Origin: Oscillospiraceae bacterium
Lineage (GTDB): Bacteria; Bacillota; Clostridia; Oscillospirales; Oscillospiraceae
Assembly (NCBI GenBank): GCA_020025295.1
Contig: JAHHSJ010000005.1
Span: forward strand, 5,538-69,537
Reading direction: 5' to 3'
Length of the DNA stretch: 64,000 nucleotides
The position numbers and the translations under genes are program-made. This document shows, one piece after another, positions 9,158-18,413 of the stretch (within the stretch, counting starts at the first letter, position 1; the number at the start of each line of letters is the position of its first letter). Under the pieces are notes generated by a model, which did no database searches, had not been told where the DNA came from, and saw only the letters and a program-made list of their open reading frames with translations.

Positions 9158-10378
9158 TTATGCCTCGTAAATGGCGTGAATTTCTTTTCTTCTCCGCCAA
9201 ATCGTTCCCCAGCATGCGGCCAAGGTGAGGAAAGCACATACGCTCATGCAGATTCGGTAATCCATCAGCTCGCCGAGGAAGCCCACAAGGAGGGACAGCA
9301 CGCTGCTGGCAGCCAGGATTGCCACCCCTTCAAAGGAATTGATGCGGGCACGGTATTCGTCCGGGATGTACTTCTGTACTGCTGCCTGCCGCATCGTGGC
9401 GCTGTTGACGCCCAGAAAACCCACAATGCCCCGGTTGACCAGCATCAGGGGATAGGGCAGCCACAGAAGGAGCATATCCATCGTTTCGTAGAGTTGATAG
9501 ACGAGAAAGGAAAAGCCGAACTTTTTCTTCTTCTCGAGCTTCAGATGGTAGCTGAACAGGCCGCCCAGAGAACGGCCCAGAAATTCCGCCACGGAGAAGA
9601 AGGCGTACATCACGCTGGTCAGACCCGGCATGGTGCTGAAAAACGCCACCATCAGCGGCCCATAGCCCTGTGCCATGCCGTTGGAGATGCCCATGTAGGC
9701 GTAAATGCCCTGCAAGCCCTTTTCCCGGCGGAGATAGGCAAACCCGGCCTTGAAATCCTGAAGCCAAAGGGAAAAGGTGTATTTTTCCCCGTCCAGCTTG
9801 CGGTGCTCCTCCAGCGTGATGTGGTTTTCAATAAAAGCCGCCAGAATGGACAGCACACCCTGTCCAATGAGAATCCACGCCACGCCGATGGTGTTCATCA
9901 GCAGAGCCGCCACCGGCATCATCACCAGATTCAGTACCGGGTAGAGGGTGGCAGAGAAGGAGTAACCCTTCTCCTCCATTCCTTTGGGGATCAGATTGGG
10001 GTAAATGCTGTTGTAGGCCAGACTGTCAAAGCTGTTCAGGCAGGCCAGCAGCAGGGAAAACCCCAGATAGCCCAAGTAGTTGAAGGGCTGATAAAGCAGG
10101 TAAAGGCCGGCAGCGCCGAAAAAAATGCCGTTGATGAAGTCACCGGCCACCAGAAAGGGTTTTCGGGGAAAGCGATCCATCCAAGGGGCAAGAAAGGTGG
10201 GAATCAGAAATCCGGGGATGACCCGAATGGCGATTACCAATGCCGATGCCAGCGTGCTTTGTGTTTTTACAAACACCAAGAAGGAAAGGGCAAAGCTGCC
10301 GGCAATGCCACCGATGGCGCCCAGCGCTGTGGCGGTCATCAATAAGGTGTAGTTTCTGGTCCAAAGCGTTTTCTTCAT
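9158..10378 (-). CDS. MFS transporter
   Basis: This is a 12-TM-type hydrophobic protein. I trimmed the start to MKKTLWTRNYTLL (ATG at 10376-10378), which has GGAGGG upstream. Confidence 0.75.
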   Translation of the reverse strand: MKKTLWTRNYTLLMTATALGAIGGIAGSFALSFLVFVKTQSTLASALVIAIRVIPGFLIPTFLAPWMDRFPRKPFLVAGDFINGIFFGAAGLYLLYQPFNYLGYLGFSLLLACLNSFDSLAYNSIYPNLIPKGMEEKGYSFSATLYPVLNLVMMPVAALLMNTIGVAWILIGQGVLSILAAFIENHITLEEHRKLDGEKYTFSLWLQDFKAGFAYLRREKGLQGIYAYMGISNGMAQGYGPLMVAFFSTMPGLTSVMYAFFSVAEFLGRSLGGLFSYHLKLEKKKKFGFSFLVYQLYETMDMLLLWLPYPLMLVNRGIVGFLGVNSATMRQAAVQKYIPDEYRARINSFEGVAILAASSVLSLLVGFLGELMDYRICMSVCAFLTLAACWGTIWRRRKEIHAIYEA

Positions 10379-10470
10379 TCTAAATCCCTCCATGTCTTTA
10401 TTGTAGCATCTGCTTAAATGGAGAACAATAGGACATATCTGGGACAATTTTTGAAAAATATTCGCTTTAA

Positions 10471-11607
10471 TCAGGATAAATGCTTACATCCGGGAAATTC
10501 CAGCAAAAGAGCGGCTGCCTGCTTATATTGGCGGTGATGCTCGTACCATTCCAGCATCCAAGGCATATGAAACAGGCAGAACCCCACCGGTTCATATTTG
10601 CGGCACAGGGCGAAGGTGGTTTGCAGGGAGGTGCCGTAGGTGTCGGAGTCCAGATAATCGGGGGTGGTGAGGCGCAGCCGCACCGTGCGGCACAGTTCCC
10701 GTTCCAGTCCCTCCGGGGAGTGGTCCGGCAGAGTGTCCGCTCGGTCCAGAGCCGCAAGAGCCTCTTCAGTGCGCCCCAGTTTCTCACAGCAGATGGCCAG
10801 CTTGTGAAGGGTCAGGCGTGCGTTGGACTCCTTTTGGGTTTCAAAGTAGCCCATGGCCTGCTCATACCGCCCGGCCTCAATGCAGGTGGCGGCGATGTTG
10901 TAGTTGATGGACTCCAAATCATCTTCATTCCCCAGCGCCCGAGCCAGCCGACGGGCGATGGTGTAGTGGCGCTCCATGGCGTCTAAATCCAGCAGGTTGG
11001 AGTAGCAGCAGCCCAGAATGATCCGAGCCTTCAGCATGATTTGGGGACGGCCTTCCTCCGCTCCTAGGGTGCAGGTTCGCTGCATCAGTTCCACCGCCTG
11101 AGCGGTGTCGCCTCGCTTGTAACAGGCGGAGCCGGCCCGCATACAGGTGTATCCGCAGGGATACAGGGAGATGGCTTCCTCCTGCCGTTCCTGCAAAATC
11201 CGCTGGAGTGCCAGCTGCTTGGGAGACATCAGTGGCTCCAGCTCACGGTCAAGGGGAGCGCCGCAGGTCATGATGCGGGAAATCAGCAGCACATCCAGCC
11301 CCCATGGGCTGTTTTCAAGCTTGCTCCATGCCTCGCTCTGCATCAAAGCGAGCACCTGATCCTGCTCGTCGGAGAACAGCAGCTCGTAGGCGGATGCAAT
11401 CGGTTCTCCGCTGCACCCGTCCTCTGCGTCCACCCATGGCAGCCCCAGCCGTTCAAACAGCAGATGCACCACTTCTTCTGAGGGGGAAGCCTTGCCCTGT
11501 TCAATTTTTGAGAGGTAGGAGGGGGTGCAGATGCCTTTACACAGACCTTCCTGACTCCAATCCCGTTCTAAGCGGGTCTTGCGGATCAAATAAGAGGCGT
11601 AATCCAT
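10471..11607 (-). CDS. XRE-family HTH + TPR-repeat transcriptional regulator (RNPP/Rgg-like architecture)
   Basis: The N-terminal IRKTRLERDWSQEGLCKGICTPSYLSKIEQGK is an XRE helix-turn-helix. It is followed by about 300 aa of helical TPR-like repeats. Confidence 0.7.
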   Translation of the reverse strand: MDYASYLIRKTRLERDWSQEGLCKGICTPSYLSKIEQGKASPSEEVVHLLFERLGLPWVDAEDGCSGEPIASAYELLFSDEQDQVLALMQSEAWSKLENSPWGLDVLLISRIMTCGAPLDRELEPLMSPKQLALQRILQERQEEAISLYPCGYTCMRAGSACYKRGDTAQAVELMQRTCTLGAEEGRPQIMLKARIILGCCYSNLLDLDAMERHYTIARRLARALGNEDDLESINYNIAATCIEAGRYEQAMGYFETQKESNARLTLHKLAICCEKLGRTEEALAALDRADTLPDHSPEGLERELCRTVRLRLTTPDYLDSDTYGTSLQTTFALCRKYEPVGFCLFHMPWMLEWYEHHRQYKQAAALLLEFPGCKHLS

Positions 11608-11869
11608 AGTGGTTCTCTCCCTGCGGCTGCATAGAATTTTGGGAAGCTGCCCCAGAGGGCAGCGCTTAGGTTTTCTCTGATTATAGCATAGACAGGACGG
11701 AAAAGGGAGCGGCAGAGGGGGGGAAATACCGTAGTTTTTCCGGATCTGTGCCGGAACTACTTCCCAAATAGAAGGGAATTGGATATAATAAAACCGTATG
11801 CGAGTAATTGGAACCCCAATAGAGCAGAAGCGGCCCTTCTGCCCGGGAGAAATGACTGAGGCTGGGAAA

Positions 11870-12544
11870 ATGATTTATTTATTGGAAGATGACGACAGCA
11901 TCCGCAAGCTGGTGATCTACGGTCTGGAAAGTCAGGGCTATGAGGGAAAGGGCTTCAGCACCCCCTCAGAATTCTGGAAGGCCATGGGTCAGGAGCTGCC
12001 GGAGTTGGTGCTGCTGGATATTATGCTGCCGGAAGAGGATGGCTTTTCCGTGCTGCGGAAGCTGCGTACCTCCGGGGAAACCCGGGATTTGCCGGTGATT
12101 ATGCTTACGGCGAAGAATACGGAGTATGACCGGGTGATTGGTCTGGACAACGGAGCGGATGACTTTGTGTCCAAGCCCTTTGGAATGCTGGAGCTGGTGG
12201 CTCGGGTGCGTGCGGTGCTCCGCCGGGGCAAACAGCGGCCGCCGGAGACGGAGTATCGGCTCGGTAAGCTCTATGTATCCCCCAAACGCCATGTGGTGCA
12301 GGTGGACGGAGAAGATGTGGTGCTCACCAACAAGGAATTTGAAATTCTCTGCCTGCTGCTGGAAAATACCGGCACGGTGCTGACCCGGAATGTGTTGATG
12401 GACCGGGTGTGGGGCTGCGAATTTGAACGGGAGAACCGCACGCTGGATGTACATATCCGAACTCTCCGTGCCAAGCTGGGAGATGTGGGTAACTGCATCG
12501 AAACCGTCCGGGGCGTGGGCTACAAGATTGTGAACGGGCAGTGA
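11870..12544 (+). CDS. OmpR/PhoB-family response regulator
   Basis: I trimmed the start to MIYLLEDDDSIRKL. The receiver domain (LLDIMLP, MLTAK) is followed by a winged-helix output domain (RTLDVHIRTLRAKL...VRGVGYK). Confidence 0.85.
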   Translation: MIYLLEDDDSIRKLVIYGLESQGYEGKGFSTPSEFWKAMGQELPELVLLDIMLPEEDGFSVLRKLRTSGETRDLPVIMLTAKNTEYDRVIGLDNGADDFVSKPFGMLELVARVRAVLRRGKQRPPETEYRLGKLYVSPKRHVVQVDGEDVVLTNKEFEILCLLLENTGTVLTRNVLMDRVWGCEFERENRTLDVHIRTLRAKLGDVGNCIETVRGVGYKIVNGQ

Positions 12545-12545
12545 T

Positions 12546-14210
12546 ATGAGAAAGAAAATCGTACAGTACTATGTGCTGGTGTGCGGTCTGGTCATGCTGC
12601 TGTCCTTCGGACTCTTTTTGACGGCAACCTATCAGTATGTGCAGATCGAGAGTATGCAGCACCTACAATCGGAAATGGGGTGCATTGCCGAGGGGGTCCG
12701 GCTCAACGGGGAGGAGTACTTCCGGCAGCTGGAAACCGAGGATCGGGTGACATGGGTCGGTGCCGACGGCACCCTGCTCTATGACAGTGCCCCGAAGGGA
12801 GCACGGGAGGACAACCTGCTGGAACAGGAGGAAATCCGGGATGCACTTCAGAATGGGACCGGCAAAAGTACCCGGCATTCGGATGTGTTTCCTCAGTACG
12901 ACATCTTCTACGCCCTGCGTCAGCCGGACGGTTCCGTGCTTCGGGTGTCCTGTGCGCAGGATTCCATGGTGTCCGTCATGCTTATCATGAGTTCACCGCT
13001 TTTGGGCATCCTGCTTTTGGTGCTGGTTTTGTGCTCCTTCTTTGCCTACCGTCTGGCACGGCAGATCGTGCTGCCCATCAACCAGATTGACTTGGACTAT
13101 CCCAATGTGGACGCCACCTATCGGGAGCTGACGCCGCTGGTGTCGAAAATCCAGCAGCAGAACCGGACGATTGCCCATCAGATGGACGAGCTGAGCCGAA
13201 AGCGCCGGGAATTTGCCGCCATCACGGAAGGCATGACCGAGGGCTTTTTGCTGTTGGACCGGCATACCAATATTCTCTCCGGCAACCGAAGTGCTCTGGC
13301 ACTGCTGGAGCAGGGCTCCGGGCAGAAAATCGAAAATCTGCGCCGAGACGGCTGCGTGCCTCAGGTGCGGGAGACTGTGGAGTTGGCGATTGCCGGCAAG
13401 CGGTCGGAGTTTGTCATCGAGGTGGAGGATCACTCCTGGCAGGTCATTGCCAACCCGGTGGTGTCCCACGGGCAGGTGCATGGTGTGGTGGTTCTGGTCA
13501 TGGATGTGACGGAACGGGAACAGCGAGATCAGCTGCGCCGGGAATTCTCCGCCAATGTGTCCCACGAGTTAAAAACGCCCCTGACCTCCATTTCCGGCTT
13601 CGCGGAGCTGATTAAAGAGGGCTTGGTGCCTCCGGATAAGATGCAGGAGTTTGCCGGAGATATTTACCGGGAATCCCAGCGCCTGATGGATCTGGTCAAT
13701 GACATTCTGCGGCTCAGCCAGCTGGATGAGCAGGGAAGTATGCCCAGTGCGGCTTCCGTGGATCTGTATGCCTTGGCTCGCCGGGTGCTGAGCCGACTTG
13801 CGCCGGTGGCGGAGGAAGGCGAAGTCACCCTGTCTCTGGAGGGCGAGCCCCATACCGTTTGGGGTGTTGAGCCGATTTTGGATGAAATGGTGTATAATCT
13901 CTGCGAGAACGCCATCAAGTATAACCACCGTCCCGGTCGGGTGGATGTGCAGGTGCGTAAGACCGGGGACGAAGTGGTGCTGAAGGTGAAGGACACCGGC
14001 ATTGGCATCCCGGCCAAAGATCAGCCTCGGGTGTTCGAGCGGTTCTTCCGTGTGGATAAAAGCCATAGCAAGGCAGTGGGCGGCACCGGTCTGGGTCTGT
14101 CCATTGTGAAGCACGGCGCTCAGTATCACAATGCAAGGGTGAAGCTGGACAGCCGACTGGGAGAGGGAACGACCATCACCCTCTATTTCCCACCGGATAA
14201 GAGCAAATAA
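12546..14210 (+). CDS. Sensor histidine kinase (PhoR-like: TM-sensor-TM, PAS, HisKA, HATPase_c)
   Basis: The H-box FSANVSHELKTPLTSI and the N/G boxes (NAIKYN, DTGIGI, GGTGLGLSI) are present. The start lies 1 nt after the response-regulator stop. Confidence 0.85.
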   Translation: MRKKIVQYYVLVCGLVMLLSFGLFLTATYQYVQIESMQHLQSEMGCIAEGVRLNGEEYFRQLETEDRVTWVGADGTLLYDSAPKGAREDNLLEQEEIRDALQNGTGKSTRHSDVFPQYDIFYALRQPDGSVLRVSCAQDSMVSVMLIMSSPLLGILLLVLVLCSFFAYRLARQIVLPINQIDLDYPNVDATYRELTPLVSKIQQQNRTIAHQMDELSRKRREFAAITEGMTEGFLLLDRHTNILSGNRSALALLEQGSGQKIENLRRDGCVPQVRETVELAIAGKRSEFVIEVEDHSWQVIANPVVSHGQVHGVVVLVMDVTEREQRDQLRREFSANVSHELKTPLTSISGFAELIKEGLVPPDKMQEFAGDIYRESQRLMDLVNDILRLSQLDEQGSMPSAASVDLYALARRVLSRLAPVAEEGEVTLSLEGEPHTVWGVEPILDEMVYNLCENAIKYNHRPGRVDVQVRKTGDEVVLKVKDTGIGIPAKDQPRVFERFFRVDKSHSKAVGGTGLGLSIVKHGAQYHNARVKLDSRLGEGTTITLYFPPDKSK

Positions 14211-14414
14211 AGAAAACAAAGCACGGTCTGTGGAACCAATCCGTTCCGCAGGCCGTGCTTTTTGTGCTGAGCATAGGCAGATTTCGTGTATTTTCTCGGA
14301 TTTAACCTAAATTTAACCTGAGTTTGGTTTTGAATTTAAGATAGGGGCGGTATAGTAAACGAGTAAATTGTCGGTGCTTGTTCCGGCGACAAATTGAAAA
14401 AAGGGAGATCAAAA

Positions 14415-16163
14415 ATGGATCTGTTCGATGTATTGGGCCTGATTGGAGGCCTGAGCCTATTTTTGTTCGGTATGAATATCATGGGAGCGGCGCTGGAAAA
14501 GCGAGCCGGCAGCGGTTTGAAAACCCTGCTCAGCAAGCTGACCACCAGCCGCATGACCGGCTTCCTGACGGGTCTGGGCGTCACTGCGGTGATCCAGTCC
14601 TCTTCTGCCACTACCGTCATGGTGGTCGGCTTTGTTAACTCCGGCCTGATGACCTTGGGACAGGCCATCAATGTGATTATGGGCGCCAATGTGGGTACCA
14701 CGGTCACCGCTTGGATTCTCAGCTTGTCCGGCATCGAGGGCGACAGCTTCTTCCTGGAGCTGCTGAAGCCCACCTCCTTTACTCCTGTGCTGGCGCTCAT
14801 CGGCGTCATCCTCTTCATGTTCTGCAAGTCCAACAAGAAGAAGGACACCGGCACCATTTTGCTGGGCTTTGCAACGCTGATGTACGGAATGGAAGCCATG
14901 TCCGGCGCCGTCAGCGGTCTGCGGGATGTGCCTGAGTTCCAGAACATCCTCACCATGTTCTCCAACCCCGTTCTGGGTGTGCTGGCAGGCGCACTGCTGA
15001 CCGGCATTATTCAGTCCTCTTCCGCCTCTGTGGGCATTTTGCAGGCGCTGGCATCTACCGGTCAGGTTACCGTCGGAAGTGCTATCCCGATCATTATGGG
15101 CCAGAATATCGGCACCTGTGTCACCGCCATGCTCTCCTCTGTGGGTGCCAATAAGAACGCCCGCCGTGCAGCAGTGGTACACCTGAGCTTCAATATCATC
15201 GGCACGACGGTGTGGCTGACGGTGTTCTGCATCGTGAATGCTTTGATGGACTTCTCCTTTGTGCATCTGGCGGCAAACCAGTTCAGCATTGCTGTGATTC
15301 ATACCGTGTTCAATGTGCTCTGCACCCTGCTGATGCTGCCTATGGTGAAGGTGCTGGAGCGGCTGGCCTGCCGCATCGTCCCCGACACCAAGACCGTAGA
15401 GGACGAAACCGAGCTGGACGAGCGTCTGATGACCACTCCCACCATCGCCATCGACCAGTGCCGTGTGGTGGCCGGCGAGATGGCTGTGGGCGCACAGAAG
15501 GCTCTGGGTACCGCAGTTTCCCTGCTGACCCAGTACGATAACAAGACTGCCGATCAGGTCCGTGAGCTGGAAGGCGAAGGCGACCACTTTGAGGATATGC
15601 TGGGCACCTATCTGGTGCGCCTGAGCGCCCACGATATGAACGCCCATGACAGTGCCGAATCCGCCAAGCTGCTCCATGCCATCGGTGATCTGGAGCGTAT
15701 CTCCGACCATGCGGTGAACATTATGGGATCTGCCGTTGAGATGCACGAGAAAAAGATTGTTTTCTCCGAGGAGGCCAACCGGGAACTGAGCGTGATCGTG
15801 GCTGCGGTCAGCGAGTGCGTGGAGCTTGCCATCAGTGCCTTTGTCCATGAGGATCTGGAGTTTGCCCGTGAGGTGGAGCCTCTGGAGCAGGTCATCGATG
15901 CATTGAAGAGCCAGCTGCGCTCCCGTCATGTGCTGCGTCTTCAGCGGGGCGAATGTTCCATTGAGGCCGGCTTTATCCTCTCTGATCTGCTGACCAGTTT
16001 GGAGCGTGTCAGCGATCATTGCTCCAACATTGCGGGCTGTGTTATCGAGATGACCCATGCAAGTTTGGACCTGCACGAGTACCTCCACGGCGTGCGTGGA
16101 GAGGACCCGCTGTACATAGATCGGTACGATGCTTACGCCAAAAAATATGCGCTTATGAATTGA
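14415..16163 (+). CDS. Na/Pi cotransporter family protein (NptA/YjbB-like) with C-terminal PhoU-like repeats
   Basis: MDLFDVLGLIGGLSLFLFGMNIMG together with the repeated QSSSA(T/S) motifs are typical of the Na_Pi_cotrans family. I trimmed the start to the ATG at 14415, which has GGGAG upstream. Confidence 0.8.
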   Translation: MDLFDVLGLIGGLSLFLFGMNIMGAALEKRAGSGLKTLLSKLTTSRMTGFLTGLGVTAVIQSSSATTVMVVGFVNSGLMTLGQAINVIMGANVGTTVTAWILSLSGIEGDSFFLELLKPTSFTPVLALIGVILFMFCKSNKKKDTGTILLGFATLMYGMEAMSGAVSGLRDVPEFQNILTMFSNPVLGVLAGALLTGIIQSSSASVGILQALASTGQVTVGSAIPIIMGQNIGTCVTAMLSSVGANKNARRAAVVHLSFNIIGTTVWLTVFCIVNALMDFSFVHLAANQFSIAVIHTVFNVLCTLLMLPMVKVLERLACRIVPDTKTVEDETELDERLMTTPTIAIDQCRVVAGEMAVGAQKALGTAVSLLTQYDNKTADQVRELEGEGDHFEDMLGTYLVRLSAHDMNAHDSAESAKLLHAIGDLERISDHAVNIMGSAVEMHEKKIVFSEEANRELSVIVAAVSECVELAISAFVHEDLEFAREVEPLEQVIDALKSQLRSRHVLRLQRGECSIEAGFILSDLLTSLERVSDHCSNIAGCVIEMTHASLDLHEYLHGVRGEDPLYIDRYDAYAKKYALMN

Positions 16164-16173
16164 AAAATTCCCG

Positions 16174-16202
16174 TTGACCTGTAAGGGCAAACTGTGTATA
16201 TT
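16174..16202 (+). promoter_or_regulatory. Sigma-70-type promoter for the dfx-rubredoxin pair (TTGACC-17-TATATT with an upstream TG)
   Basis: The hexamers and spacing are read directly from the sequence, about 57 nt upstream of the dfx ATG. Confidence 0.5.
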
Positions 16203-16258
16203 ATACCTGTGAGGCATGAAGCTCCACATACAAACCGGTCAATAGGAGGGTGAGCTGA

Positions 16259-16633
16259 ATGAAGTTTTATATCTGCGATCATTGCGGTAACATCATTACA
16301 TATGTGACGAATCGGGGCGTTCCGGTTATGTGCTGCGGTCAGAAAATGACGGAGTTGATTCCGAATACATCTGACGGCGCTGCGGAAAAGCATGTTCCTG
16401 TCATCACTGTGGCTGGCAATCTGGTGAAGGTTGCTGTCGGCTCGGTGGAGCATCCTATGGTGGATGCACACTTTATTGAGTGGATTGTGCTGGAAACCAA
16501 AGAGGGGTCCCAGCGCAAGGAGCTGAAACCCGGAGATAAGCCTGCGGTGGAGTTTATGCTCTGTGACGGTGACGAGGTTGTCGCCGCCTATGCATACTGC
16601 AATCTGCATGGTCTGTGGAAAGGAACGATTTAA
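16259..16633 (+). CDS. dfx: Desulfoferrodoxin (class I superoxide reductase)
   Basis: The N-terminal desulforedoxin-type CDHCGN...CCGQ is followed by a neelaredoxin domain (EKHVPV...HPM...YCNLHGLW). Confidence 0.9.
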   Translation: MKFYICDHCGNIITYVTNRGVPVMCCGQKMTELIPNTSDGAAEKHVPVITVAGNLVKVAVGSVEHPMVDAHFIEWIVLETKEGSQRKELKPGDKPAVEFMLCDGDEVVAAYAYCNLHGLWKGTI

Positions 16634-16635
16634 TT

Positions 16636-16791
16636 ATGAAGTACATTTGCGACGTCTGCGGTTACGAGTACGACGAAGAGCTGGGCGATCTGGATAACGG
16701 CATCGAGCCCGGTACCGCTTGGGAAGATGTCCCTGAGGATTATCTGTGCCCCCTGTGCGGTGTTGGCAAGGATATGTTCGTCGAAGCATAA
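16636..16791 (+). CDS. Rubredoxin (51 aa)
   Basis: My own translation gives [51 protein letters not shown], with two CxxCG knuckles. It is not in the ORF track because it is shorter than 60 aa. Confidence 0.9.
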   Translation: MKYICDVCGYEYDEELGDLDNGIEPGTAWEDVPEDYLCPLCGVGKDMFVEA

Positions 16792-16800
16792 CAAAACATC

Positions 16801-16832
16801 AAAAGCGCCGACTGTGAGTCGGCGCTTTTTTT
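16801..16832 (+). terminator. Intrinsic terminator after rubredoxin
   Basis: The hairpin AAAAGCGCCGAC-tgtga-GTCGGCGC is followed by TTTTTTT. Confidence 0.85.
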
Positions 16833-16922
16833 ATGCCCCAATGGGAAGAATCGGAGAAAAGAAGCCCCGGATCAGAGATCCGGGGCTTTGTTGGGACAAT
16901 GTAACTCCAGCGTCAGGATGGA

Positions 16923-18140
16923 TTAGAAATCAACCTCAGTGTCGTAGTAGCAGCACTTCAGCAGCTTCTCCATCTCCTCCTGAGAGGGCTGACGGGGGTT
17001 GGAACCGGTGCAGGCATCGGCGATGGCGTTCTTGGCGATCTCAGGCAGACGCTCCAGGAACACATCCTCAGGCACGAAGCCCTGCTCGGTGGGATAGCTG
17101 TCGGTGCCGTAGTTCTTGATGCAGTGAGGAATGTTCAGCTGATCGTTCATGCCGCGCAGGAACTTAATCAGAGCAGCGACCTTCTCGTCGTCGTTAGCGC
17201 CGGTCAGGCCCATGTAGTCAGCAATGACGCCATAGCGAGCCTTAGCGGTGGGATCCTTGGCGTTGAAGGCGATGACCTTGGGCAGGTACATAGCGTTAGC
17301 AGCACCATGGATGATGTGAGCGCCGTAATCAGCGAAAGCAGCGCCAGTCTTATGAGCCATGGAGTGGACGATACCCAGCAGAGCGTTGGAGAAAGCCATG
17401 CCGGCCAGGCACTGTGCATTGTGCATGGAGTCACGCTTGGCCATATCGCCATTGTAAGAGGGGATCAGATCGGTCTGGATCATCTTGATAGCCCAGATGG
17501 CCAGAGGATCGGTGTAATCGCAGTTAGCGGTGGACACATAAGCCTCGATCGCATGGGTCATAGCGTCCATACCGGTGTGAGCGACCAGCTTCTGGGGCAT
17601 GGTCTCAGCCAGATCGGGATCCACGATAGCGACATCGGGAGTGATCTCGAAGTCAGCGATGGGATACTTGATGCCCTTGGAGTAGTCGGTGATGATGGAG
17701 AAAGCGGTCACCTCAGTAGCGGTGCCGGAAGTGGAGGAGATAGCGCAGAAGTGAGCCTTCTTACGCAGAGCAGGGATACCGAAGACCTTGCACATATCCT
17801 CGAAGGTAATCTCGGGATACTCGTACTTGATCCACATAGCCTTAGCAGCATCGATGGGAGAGCCGCCGCCCATAGCAACGATCCAGTCGGGCTCGAAGTC
17901 CAGCATAGCCTGAGCGCCGCGCATAACGGTCTCAACGCTGGGATCGGACTCAATGCCCTCGAACAGCTGAACTTCCATACCGGCTTCCTTCAGGTACTCG
18001 ACAGCGCGATCGAGGAAACCGAATCTCTTCATGGAGCCGCCGCCAACGCAAACCATTGCCTTCTTGCCGGTGAAGCTCTTCAGAGCCTCCAGAGAGCCCT
18101 TACCATGATACAGGTCACGGGGGAGAGTAAATCTAGCCAT
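16923..18140 (-). CDS. Iron-containing (group III) alcohol dehydrogenase
   Basis: I trimmed the start to MARFTLPRDLYHGKGSLEAL, which has GGAGGT upstream. The Fe-ADH signatures GGGSPIDAAKA and the AHTGMDAMTHAIEAY...H motifs are present. Confidence 0.85.
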   Translation of the reverse strand: MARFTLPRDLYHGKGSLEALKSFTGKKAMVCVGGGSMKRFGFLDRAVEYLKEAGMEVQLFEGIESDPSVETVMRGAQAMLDFEPDWIVAMGGGSPIDAAKAMWIKYEYPEITFEDMCKVFGIPALRKKAHFCAISSTSGTATEVTAFSIITDYSKGIKYPIADFEITPDVAIVDPDLAETMPQKLVAHTGMDAMTHAIEAYVSTANCDYTDPLAIWAIKMIQTDLIPSYNGDMAKRDSMHNAQCLAGMAFSNALLGIVHSMAHKTGAAFADYGAHIIHGAANAMYLPKVIAFNAKDPTAKARYGVIADYMGLTGANDDEKVAALIKFLRGMNDQLNIPHCIKNYGTDSYPTEQGFVPEDVFLERLPEIAKNAIADACTGSNPRQPSQEEMEKLLKCCYYDTEVDF

Positions 18141-18195
18141 AAAAAAACCTCCAACGAACGATTGATAATTGTGGGGCCATATTGCCCCGTACATG

Positions 18196-18213
18196 TGTTA
18201 TTTTATTAACAAA
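18196..18213 (-). promoter_or_regulatory. Candidate Rex-type operator (imperfect inverted repeat TTGTTAAT-aaa-ATAACAC read on the minus strand)
   Basis: The site lies about 55 nt upstream of the ADH start. It resembles the clostridial Rex consensus TTGTTAA-N4-TTAACAA with 2 mismatches in one half-site. This is a by-eye match only. Confidence 0.3.
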
Positions 18214-18263
18214 CAGAGGAAATGTCAAGACGGCAAAGGTACTTATTTTCCGTGTCCGGTGTA

Positions 18264-18308
18264 CAAAAAAACGATCGTTCTGTCCGGATAAAGTCTGGAC
18301 AGAACGAT
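18264..18308 (-). terminator. Intrinsic terminator after dus (minus strand)
   Basis: The hairpin ATCGTTCTGTCC...GGACAGAACGAT is followed by a U-tract on the minus strand. Confidence 0.75.
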
Positions 18309-18413
18309 ATAAATGACAGAAATGTTTTGAAAATGACAGAAAAACATGAAATTCGAACAAAATAGTGTGTCTAATTCGATAGTGAGGAGAAACACGCAAA
18401 AGTGTCCGTATCC

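Noticed and set aside
11870-16163. Treating the PhoP/PhoR-like pair plus the Na/Pi cotransporter as an unusual system.
   Set aside because: The adjacency of a phosphate-type two-component system and a phosphate transporter is conventional, and I could not identify Pho boxes by eye, so nothing beyond annotation is warranted.
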